A stretch of DNA of 64,000 nt, from assembly GCA_903825575.1 (NCBI GenBank), contig CAIKAW010000031.1, forward strand, positions 3,469 through 67,468. Direction: 5' to 3'. A model generated the notes under the pieces. The model was given only the letters and a program-made list of their open reading frames with translations. It made no database searches and had not been told where the DNA came from. Source of the stretch: an uncultured bacterium. GTDB taxonomy: Bacteria; Actinomycetota; Actinomycetes; S36-B12; CAIKAW01. Position 1 is the stretch's first letter. Each line of letters begins with the position of its first letter. The position numbers were made by a program, and so were the translations under genes. Shown one piece after another: positions 52,277 to 59,282 of the stretch.

Positions 52277-52309
52277 TGGTGAAATTGTCCAGCCCAGCGG
52301 AGGTGCCGA

Positions 52310-53599
52310 GTGAGTCACGATTACGGATTCTTCTCGTTCGAGTCCAAGGACGAGGTGCTGGCCAAGTCCAAGGAATTCTGGAACCCAGGCAAGACACAGT
52401 TCTGGATTGACGAGGGCGTGCCGCTAGTGATCGACAGGCGCGAGGGCTACTTCATCTATGACATGTCCGGCAAGCGCCTGATCGATACCCACCTCAATGG
52501 CGGCACCTACAATCTCGGGCATCGGAATCCTGAAGTTGTTTCGGCTATCGAGTCCGCGATGACCCATTTTGACATTGGAAACCACCATTTTCCTTCCCTA
52601 GCGCGCACCGCTTTGGCCGAGGCCTTAATTGCTGGTGCACCCCCCGGGCTGACCAAGGTGGTCTACGGCTCAGGCGGTGGTGAAGCTATCGACATTGCGC
52701 TCAAGACAGCCAGACATGCCACCCAGAAGCGCAAAATCGTTTCGATTGTTAAGGCCTACCATGGCCACACTGGACTGGCAGTCGCTACCGGGGACGATCG
52801 TTTTTCTAAGCTATTCCTATCCGAGCAGCCGGATGACTTCCCACATGTGCCGTTCAATGACCTCGCGGCCATGGAAGAGGCCCTTGTGGGCCGCGATGTA
52901 GCAGCGGTGATCATGGAGACGATCCCAGCGACCTACGGCTTCCCTCTTCCGAACCCCGGATATCTAGAGGCGGTCAAGGCCATGTGTGAACGTTATGACG
53001 CGCTGTACATCGCCGACGAAGTCCAGACCGGACTTATGCGTACTGGCGAGTTGTGGGGGATCAGCAAGCACGGAATATCGCCCGACATCATGGTCACCGG
53101 TAAGGGGATTTCCGGAGGCATGTACCCGATCTCGGCCGTGCTCGTGAATGAAAAGGCAGCGGGCTGGCTCACTGAGGACGGTTTTGGGCACATCTCTACC
53201 TTCGGTGGCGCAGAAGTGGGTTGCATCGCCGCGTTGAAGAGCCTTGAGATTTGCAGTCGTCCTGAGACTCGTTCGATGGTGCACTACATCAGCGATTTGA
53301 TCGGTCGCGGAATGCGCTCAATTCAAGATCTCTACCCCGATTGGTTCGTGGGAATCCGCCAGAACGGCGTAATCCTTGGCTTGGAATTCGCCGACCCGCA
53401 GGGTGCCAAGTTCGTGATGCGGCGCCTTTACGAGCATGGGGTTTGGGCGATCTTCTCAACACTTGACCCGCGCGTGTTGCAATTCAAGCCCGGGCTGTTA
53501 CTTACTCCTGAGCTGTGCGAGGAGTTGCTAGATCGCGCCCAAGTCGCCATCGGGCTAGCCAGAGACGATGTCGCGCGCGCTGGAAGGAAGGCCAGCTGA
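52310..53599 (+). CDS. Class-III aminotransferase-fold PLP enzyme (candidate amino-alcohol O-phosphate phospho-lyase)
   Basis: Class-III motifs GGGEAIDIALK, ADEVQTGLMRTGELWG and PLP-lysine context MVTGKGISGG. First gene of the BMC operon. The phospho-lyase role is inferred by analogy to the RMM locus. Confidence 0.8.
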   Translation: MSHDYGFFSFESKDEVLAKSKEFWNPGKTQFWIDEGVPLVIDRREGYFIYDMSGKRLIDTHLNGGTYNLGHRNPEVVSAIESAMTHFDIGNHHFPSLARTALAEALIAGAPPGLTKVVYGSGGGEAIDIALKTARHATQKRKIVSIVKAYHGHTGLAVATGDDRFSKLFLSEQPDDFPHVPFNDLAAMEEALVGRDVAAVIMETIPATYGFPLPNPGYLEAVKAMCERYDALYIADEVQTGLMRTGELWGISKHGISPDIMVTGKGISGGMYPISAVLVNEKAAGWLTEDGFGHISTFGGAEVGCIAALKSLEICSRPETRSMVHYISDLIGRGMRSIQDLYPDWFVGIRQNGVILGLEFADPQGAKFVMRRLYEHGVWAIFSTLDPRVLQFKPGLLLTPELCEELLDRAQVAIGLARDDVARAGRKAS

Positions 53600-55140
53600 T
53601 GCCTGAACTGCTTGTTGAATCGGCCGGTGTTCCTAGGGCCCGGGCCATGGTGGCGCGCGCAGAATGGGCGGCGCGCACTTTTGCCACGTATGACAAACCG
53701 TCGGTAGACCGCATTGTGCGGGCCGCAGCCAAAGCCCTCGCAGATCACGCTGCTGAGTTCGCTAAGGCCGCCGTTGCCGAAACCGGGTTCGGCGTGGCCG
53801 ATCACAAGGCGCTTAAGAACCTGGCCTGTTCAACCGGCTTGGTCGATCATTACCGGGACCACGACTATGTGACTCCGCGAATAGATGTCGACGCCAAGAT
53901 TGTGGAAGTCCCGCGTCCTGCCGGTGTGATCTTCGCGTTAACCCCCTCGACGAATCCGGTCGCCACTACATCGTTCAAGATCCTGCTTGCCCTCATGACC
54001 CGTAGCGCAGTGATCGTGAGTCCGCATCCATTGGCTAAGGACGTTTGCTCTGCTGCCGCCAAGGTGATGGCCGAGGCGGCCTTAGCTGCCGGCGCCCCTG
54101 ACGGTGTCATCCAATGGGTTGCCGAACCTTCGATCCCACTCATCAACGCTTTGATGACAGATGAGCGAGTGGATGTGATCGTTGCCACTGGCGGAAGCGC
54201 AGTAGTTCGGTCCGCATATCGAAGTGGAAATCCGGCAATCGGAGTTGGGCCAGGGAATGTGCCTGTCCTTGTGGATCGAACGGCAGATATCCCAGCCGCA
54301 GCAGCACGCATCATTGAAAGTAAGAGTTTCGACAACTCGATTCTTTGCACGAACGAGAGCGTTGTAATTGTTGAATCAGCGGTTGCGGACAAGTTCGTTT
54401 CGGCCATGGTGCACGAGGGAGGTTTCCTACTCAACCCTGAGGACCGCGATCGAATCCGCGAACTGGTGTTCCCCGACGGGCATTTCGATATCCGATTCGT
54501 TGGCAAGGATGCAACTTGGATCGCGGCAGAGGCCGGGATCAGAGTCCCTGCGAACACGAAGGTCCTTATCGCGCCATTCGACCTAGCCGTACCCGAAGAA
54601 CCGCTGGCCCATGAAAAACTGTGTCCAGTACTTGGTTTGATCAAAGTTCCTACGGCGGCCCGCGGCATCGAGGTTGCGCGAGCGGTGCTGCGGATCACTG
54701 GTGCAGGCCATTCTGCGGCCATCCACTCACGAGATGCTCAAACCGTGCTGGCATTTGGCGCGGGCGTGCCCGTCTACCGAGTTTCGGTAAACGTCGGGAA
54801 CAGCTTGGGGAGCTCGGGCATCCATACGAACCTGGCTCCATCCATGACCATCGGAACCGGCTACGCCGGGCGATCATCCGTAGGCGAGAACCTTCAGCCA
54901 TCACATTTGATTCACTGGACAAGACTGGCCTACAACGCCGATGTGCGCGAAGTTCTCCCAGATTTCACGGGGCTATCACCATGGACTGCCGCAACGGGCA
55001 GCGTGCCGCCTTATCCGCAGGCGTCTAACTTGAGTACCGCAAATGTCGCACCACCGCGCGCCCAGGACGACGCCACTGAACTCCGCGAGGAGATTCGCCG
55101 GCTGATCGTCGAAGAGCTTCATCAGATAATCAAGGGCTGA
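53599..55140 (+). CDS. CoA-acylating aldehyde dehydrogenase (EutE/PduP class) with a C-terminal extension
   Basis: ALTPSTNPVATT, ATGGSAVVRSAY, GVGPGNVPVLVD and catalytic-Cys context FDNSILCTNES. ATG 53599 forms a 1-nt TGATG-type (TGA/ATG) junction with the upstream stop. Confidence 0.88.
   Translation: MPELLVESAGVPRARAMVARAEWAARTFATYDKPSVDRIVRAAAKALADHAAEFAKAAVAETGFGVADHKALKNLACSTGLVDHYRDHDYVTPRIDVDAKIVEVPRPAGVIFALTPSTNPVATTSFKILLALMTRSAVIVSPHPLAKDVCSAAAKVMAEAALAAGAPDGVIQWVAEPSIPLINALMTDERVDVIVATGGSAVVRSAYRSGNPAIGVGPGNVPVLVDRTADIPAAAARIIESKSFDNSILCTNESVVIVESAVADKFVSAMVHEGGFLLNPEDRDRIRELVFPDGHFDIRFVGKDATWIAAEAGIRVPANTKVLIAPFDLAVPEEPLAHEKLCPVLGLIKVPTAARGIEVARAVLRITGAGHSAAIHSRDAQTVLAFGAGVPVYRVSVNVGNSLGSSGIHTNLAPSMTIGTGYAGRSSVGENLQPSHLIHWTRLAYNADVREVLPDFTGLSPWTAATGSVPPYPQASNLSTANVAPPRAQDDATELREEIRRLIVEELHQIIKG
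55072..55137 (+). other. Putative C-terminal encapsulation peptide of the aldehyde dehydrogenase
   Basis: The last 22 aa, ATELREEIRRLIVEELHQIIKG, form an amphipathic helix pattern. They are separated from the catalytic core by a Pro-rich, low-complexity linker (SPWTAATGSVPPYPQASNLSTANVAPPRAQDD). Confidence 0.6.
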
Positions 55141-55143
55141 ATC

Positions 55144-55746
55144 GTGGCTGAACTGCGTTCCTTCATTTTCATCGATCAACTGCAGCCGCAGACGATGTGT
55201 TACCTCGGGACGTGGATCCGAGGGGCATTACCCAGATCGAACATGGCCGCCCAGATTATTGAGGTTGCACCCGGGCTTGATATTGAACCCTTGACCGATG
55301 TGGCACTTAAGCACGCTGAAGTGCAGGCGGGGATCTTGGTCGTGGAACGCCAGTTTGGGTATCTCGAGCTTCATGGGCCCACTGCTCAGGTGCGGGCGGC
55401 CGGAGCAGCTGCACTTGAGGCTTTAGGCGCCAATGAGACCGACGCATTGAAGCCTGAGATTCTAGCTTCGCGCATCATCACGATGATTGATTCGCAGCAT
55501 GCCTTCCTAATCAACCGGAACAAGGTTGGTTCGATGGCACTGCCAGGCGAATCCCTATTCGTTCTGGAAATGCAACCTGCGTCCTACGCCATTCTTGCCA
55601 CGAACGAGGCTGAGAAGGCCGCACGAATCAAGGTTGTCGACTATCGGATGATCGGTGCAACGGGCCGGGTGTACTTGACCGGCAAAGAGGCTGACGTCAG
55701 GCAAGCCGCGGAAGCGGCCGAAGTTGCCCTTCGGAACGCGCGATGA
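55144..55746 (+). CDS. Tandem BMC-domain shell protein (BMC-T class), paralog 1
   Basis: 200 aa made of two repeats with a BMC-domain pattern (..IIEVAPGLDIEPLTDVALKHAEV..LELHG.. and ..LEMQPASYAILATNEAEKAARIKVV..GRVYLTG..). Paralogous to 56802-57455. Confidence 0.8.
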   Translation: MAELRSFIFIDQLQPQTMCYLGTWIRGALPRSNMAAQIIEVAPGLDIEPLTDVALKHAEVQAGILVVERQFGYLELHGPTAQVRAAGAAALEALGANETDALKPEILASRIITMIDSQHAFLINRNKVGSMALPGESLFVLEMQPASYAILATNEAEKAARIKVVDYRMIGATGRVYLTGKEADVRQAAEAAEVALRNAR

Positions 55747-56201
55747 GTGGTGATTGGACGGGCAGTTCAGCCGACTTGCGGGCTTTGGTCCGTGAGGTAC
55801 TTCGTGACGCCGTACCGAAGAATGACGCGCAAGAGGTTCCGGCTACCGCACCTGCCCAAGTAACCGCTCCCGCAGTGGTGGAGCCGATCTCGATCCGTTC
55901 CGATGCGGACCTTGCAGCGTTCGTTCAACGGGTGCTGGATGCCGCGGCGGATCCAGGGACAGCTGCTGCTCTGCGCTCAGGCCGGGTTAAGTTTGTGCTT
56001 GCCGGCGCCGCTAGTCCGATGGAAGTGTCGACTCCGCGGGCTGCTGGATATCGAGTGGAGCGCGGTGCGGTAACCGAACGCCACGTGCGCGAGGCTGCCG
56101 AAGTCGGGACCACGTTGATTCTTGGCAGTCGGGCCGTGTTGACTCCTTTAGCAAAGGATCGTGCGCGTACTGCCGGAATCACGATTGAGAAGGAGAACTG
56201 A
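55743..56201 (+). CDS. BMC-associated protein of unknown function with an N-terminal encapsulation-peptide-like helix (possibly PduM-like)
   Basis: 152 aa. It begins SADLRALVREVLRDAV (amphipathic) followed by a Pro/Ala linker (PKNDAQEVPATAPAQVTAPAVVEP). A second helix, SDADLAAFVQRVLDAAAD, and the C-terminal AVTERHVREAAEVGTTLILGSRAVLTPLAKDRARTAGITIEKEN complete it. ATGA and TGATG overlaps join it to the flanking shell genes. Confidence 0.6.
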   Translation: MSGDWTGSSADLRALVREVLRDAVPKNDAQEVPATAPAQVTAPAVVEPISIRSDADLAAFVQRVLDAAADPGTAAALRSGRVKFVLAGAASPMEVSTPRAAGYRVERGAVTERHVREAAEVGTTLILGSRAVLTPLAKDRARTAGITIEKEN

Positions 56202-56449
56202 TGCTTCGCGCGAGAGTCGTAGGCAATGTATGGGCGTCTAAGCGCCTACCCGAAGTTCCTAACGGCGCATTCCTGGAAGTTGTAATTGAAGAAGGCGGCG
56301 CTCATCTGGTCGCCTTCGACGTCTTAGGCAGCGGGATTGGTGAAAGGGTCTTGGTAACAACTGGCTCCGTCGCCGCAGCTTGGTTCCCGGGCAACCCGCC
56401 GCCGATTGATGCGCTAATTATTGGCTCTATCGACGAAGTAGCGAACTGA
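56201..56449 (+). CDS. BMC vertex pentamer protein (BMC-P; EutN/CcmL family)
   Basis: 82 aa: MLRARVVGNVWASKRLPEVPNGAFLEV...GERVLVTTGSVAA...DALIIGSIDEV. RBS GAAGGAG lies upstream. Confidence 0.9.
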   Translation: MLRARVVGNVWASKRLPEVPNGAFLEVVIEEGGAHLVAFDVLGSGIGERVLVTTGSVAAAWFPGNPPPIDALIIGSIDEVAN

Positions 56450-56479
56450 CCGATACGCGGCGGTTCCGCGACCCAAACT

Positions 56480-56498
56480 CCGTGACAACAGGTCACGG
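56480..56498 (+). promoter_or_regulatory. Small perfect hairpin in the 68-nt gap preceding the BMC-H gene
   Basis: ccgtgac-aacag-gtcacgg (7-bp stem, 5-nt loop), about 10 nt upstream of the AAGGAGAAG RBS of the BMC-H gene. This is the only sizeable gap inside the shell cluster. Confidence 0.25.
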
Positions 56499-56517
56499 TG
56501 ATCGACAAGGAGAAGAC

Positions 56518-56805
56518 ATGTCGAACAATGCAATTGGATTGATCGAGACCAAGGGCTATGTTGCGGCACTTGCTGCGGCTGACGCGATGGTTAAGGCCGC
56601 CAACGTCACTATCGTTGGTCGCGACGAGGTTGGCGATGGCCTTGTAGCCATCACGATCGTTGGCGATGTTGGCGCAGTCAAGGCTGCCACTGAGGCTGGG
56701 GCCGAGACGGCTGGCTCGGTGGGCGAATTGGTATCCGTGCACGTGATCCCGCGTCCGCACCCTGAGCTTGCCAAGCACTTCAACGTATCCGGCGAAACCT
56801 CGTGA
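56518..56805 (+). CDS. BMC hexamer shell protein (BMC-H; PduA/EutM type)
   Basis: AIGLIETKGYVAALAAADAMVKAANV...GDGLVAITIVGDVGAVKAATEAG...SVHVIPRPH is a canonical single BMC domain. ATG 56518 lies behind AAGGAGAAG. Confidence 0.93.
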   Translation: MSNNAIGLIETKGYVAALAAADAMVKAANVTIVGRDEVGDGLVAITIVGDVGAVKAATEAGAETAGSVGELVSVHVIPRPHPELAKHFNVSGETS

Positions 56806-57455
56806 GCACGGTCCCGCCACCAGCGGGACCGGAGCTGCGCGTTTACCTGTTGGTATCAGATCTGCAGCGACAATTCGCTGCGTATCTGTCTACTCCGACG
56901 CGAGCTCGTGGCTATCCGCCGTTCGAGGGCCAGCATTCCCTCATCGTCGAAGTAGCCCCTGGGCTCGCTATCGAGCGGGTGATCGATTTGGCGCTGAAGT
57001 CCGTTCCGGGTATCGAGCCGGGGATCCTCTTCGTCGAACGGCAGTTCGGGGTGCTCGAATTGCATGGCACCGAACTTTCGGATGTCCTGGCAGCTGGGGA
57101 CGCCATCCTTGCTGGTTTGGCTGCCGAAGCTACGGATCAATTGCGGCCGCGCGTTCTGTACAGCGACGTGATTGAGAACATTACTGACCAGCACGCAGTA
57201 ATTATCAATCGCAATCGTCAAGCATCTATGGTCTTGCCTGGCGACACCTTGTTGGTTTACGAAGTGACACCCGCACTCTTCGCAGCCGTGGCAGCAAATG
57301 CGGCCGAGAAGGTTGCACCAGAGAACACTTTGGTCGACGTGCAGATGATTGGTGCGGCTGGACGGGTCTACATCAGCGGTACCACAGCGCAAGTGGAATT
57401 GGCTCGCGCCGAAATCACTCGCGTGCTCGAGGGGATAGCCGGCAGAGATCACTGA
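56802..57455 (+). CDS. Tandem BMC-domain shell protein (BMC-T class), paralog 2
   Basis: 217 aa with the same two-repeat architecture as 55144-55746 (LRVYLLVSDLQRQ.., IVEVAPGLAIERVIDLALKSV.., VYEVTPALFAAVAANAAEKVA.., GRVYISG). GTGA overlap with BMC-H. Confidence 0.8.
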   Translation: MSTVPPPAGPELRVYLLVSDLQRQFAAYLSTPTRARGYPPFEGQHSLIVEVAPGLAIERVIDLALKSVPGIEPGILFVERQFGVLELHGTELSDVLAAGDAILAGLAAEATDQLRPRVLYSDVIENITDQHAVIINRNRQASMVLPGDTLLVYEVTPALFAAVAANAAEKVAPENTLVDVQMIGAAGRVYISGTTAQVELARAEITRVLEGIAGRDH

Positions 57456-57469
57456 ATAGGGGTCATGAC

Positions 57470-58462
57470 GTGGTAATCAAGGTAGATGTCGGCGACGATC
57501 GGCTCGAGGCGTTCGCGCGGGCAGCTCTAACTCAATATGGCATCGGCCCCGATGCCACCCTGTCACTCCTAAATATCTCCGAGAACGCCACTTACCAGGT
57601 GGACGATCCTGCAAGTGGTAAGAGAACCGTCCTTCGGATCCACCGTCCCGGCTATCACTCGCGCGCTGCAATCGAGAGTGAATTGACATGGTTGAACACT
57701 CTGCGCGATAGCCAAGTGGTGCGTACCCCGGCCGTTCTGCCCGCGACCTCCGGCGACGGTGTGGTTCTAGCCGCAATCGCCGGAGGGGAAACTCGCCAAG
57801 CTGTGATGTTCGACTGGTGTCCTGGGATCGAACCTCCCGAAGATCGACTGGTCGAGGATTTTCACCAGTTGGGCCAGATCACAGCACGGCTGCATGAGCA
57901 GGCCAAACACTGGCGGCGACCTGCGAATTTCACCAGATTCACTTGGGATTTCGAAACTTCCTTGGGTGAGCATGGGCATTGGGGGAGTTGGCGAGACGGA
58001 ATGGGTGTGGGCCTGGAAGAGGCTGAGGTTCTCGGACGAGCCGCGAGCCTTATGGACCGCCGTTTGCAGGCTTTCGGCGCCGGGCCTGACAAGTTTGGAT
58101 TAATCCACGCAGATCTGAGATTGGCCAACCTCCTATTAGACGGCGATGACATCTACGTCATCGATTTCGATGACTGTGGATTCGGTTGGTTCCTGTACGA
58201 CCTCGGCTCCGCCGTCTCCTTTATCGAGCACTATCCGCAAATCCCCGAAATGGTGGCTTCGTGGTCTGAGGGCTACCGAACCGTCGCTCCGCTCAGCGCG
58301 GCGGATGAGCGGGAATTGCAGACATTCATAATGTTTCGGCGACTACTTCTGGTGTCGTGGATTGGCACTCACTCGGGAACGGATATTGCCGTAGCACTGG
58401 GCGAGGAGTACTCCGCCACAAGCTGCGTGTTAGCTGAACGGTACCTTTCAGAATTCTCGTGA
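57470..58462 (+). CDS. APH-family phosphotransferase (candidate amino-alcohol kinase)
   Basis: Kinase motifs GLIHADLRLANLLLDG (HxDxxxxN) and YVIDFDDCGFGW (DFD). Position matches the aminopropanol kinase of RMM-type loci. Confidence 0.8.
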   Translation: MVIKVDVGDDRLEAFARAALTQYGIGPDATLSLLNISENATYQVDDPASGKRTVLRIHRPGYHSRAAIESELTWLNTLRDSQVVRTPAVLPATSGDGVVLAAIAGGETRQAVMFDWCPGIEPPEDRLVEDFHQLGQITARLHEQAKHWRRPANFTRFTWDFETSLGEHGHWGSWRDGMGVGLEEAEVLGRAASLMDRRLQAFGAGPDKFGLIHADLRLANLLLDGDDIYVIDFDDCGFGWFLYDLGSAVSFIEHYPQIPEMVASWSEGYRTVAPLSAADERELQTFIMFRRLLLVSWIGTHSGTDIAVALGEEYSATSCVLAERYLSEFS

Positions 58463-58499
58463 CTCGGGGCGTCTGACCCCGACCGCTTCGGAGGCATTG

Positions 58500-59282
58500 A
58501 TGAACGCATTCTTGACTGGGTATTCGGTAATCGTGACCGGTGGCACCAAAGGGATCGGGAAGGGCATCGCCCGCAGTTTTGTAGAAGCCGGAGCCAATGT
58601 CCTGATCACAGGTCGCGATGAACTCAGCGCGAAGAGTGCTGTTGCGGACCTGATCGCAATTGGCCCTGGGTCAGCCTCCTACACGCTAGGCGATGTAGCG
58701 AAACGGGCAGATATGCAAGCAATGGTGAAAGTGGCCCTGGAACGCAACGGCCGCATCGATGTGCTCTGCGCCAATGCTGGCATCTTCCCCGATTCTCGGC
58801 TCGATGTAATGTCCGAGGACGACTGGGACTTGGTCTTCGATACAAACGTCAAGGGAAACTTCCTAGCTCTTCAATCGTGTCTGGCTGCCCTTACCGATTC
58901 GGGTCGAGGACGGGTTATCCTGACTTCGTCAATTACCGGTCCAATCACCGGGTTCCCCGGCTGGTCGCACTATGGGGCCAGCAAAGCGGCACAACTGGGC
59001 TTCATGCGAACGGCGGCCATTGAACTGGCTAGCCGAGCAATCACGGTTAACGCTGTCTTGCCAGGCAACATCGCAACTGAAGGCCTTGCCGATCTTGGCC
59101 CGGAATACCGCCGGTCGATGGAGGCAGCAATACCCGTTGGCCGATTGGGTGAGGTGGCCGATATCGGTGCAGCTGCTGTCTTCTTTGCGAGCCCGCAAGC
59201 GGCTTTTATCACCGGGCAGGCCCTTGCCGTAGACGGCGGCCAAACTCTGCCCGAATCATTGGCTGCTTTGGATAGTCAATGA
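58500..59282 (+). CDS. Short-chain dehydrogenase/reductase (candidate amino-alcohol/aminoketone dehydrogenase)
   Basis: VTGGTKGIGKGIA, NAGIF and S..YGASKAA catalytic motifs. ATG 58500 lies 5 nt after GGAGG. Confidence 0.8.
   Translation: MNAFLTGYSVIVTGGTKGIGKGIARSFVEAGANVLITGRDELSAKSAVADLIAIGPGSASYTLGDVAKRADMQAMVKVALERNGRIDVLCANAGIFPDSRLDVMSEDDWDLVFDTNVKGNFLALQSCLAALTDSGRGRVILTSSITGPITGFPGWSHYGASKAAQLGFMRTAAIELASRAITVNAVLPGNIATEGLADLGPEYRRSMEAAIPVGRLGEVADIGAAAVFFASPQAAFITGQALAVDGGQTLPESLAALDSQ

Noticed and set aside
52064-52282. 72-aa + strand ORF inside the divergent control region
   Set aside because: No RBS and atypical composition. It spans the palindromes and promoter-like elements, so it is more plausibly non-coding regulatory DNA.
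52035-52309. Looked for a cobalamin riboswitch (B12 box / GCCACTG-type core) upstream of the permease/dehydratase genes, and also in 50331-50411
   Set aside because: There is only a loose GGCACTG match on the - strand, and I could not recognise the conserved GGGAA/B12-box architecture. This cannot be excluded without a covariance-model scan (Rfam cobalamin), but it is not supportable by eye.
53865-54722. 285-aa ORF antisense to the aldehyde dehydrogenase, plus the 172-aa and 198-aa ORFs at 56302-56820 and 56856-57452 antisense to shell genes
   Set aside because: The sense strands carry clear AldDH and BMC motifs. The antisense translations are low-complexity (Ala/Ser/Arg/Thr-rich) with no start context.
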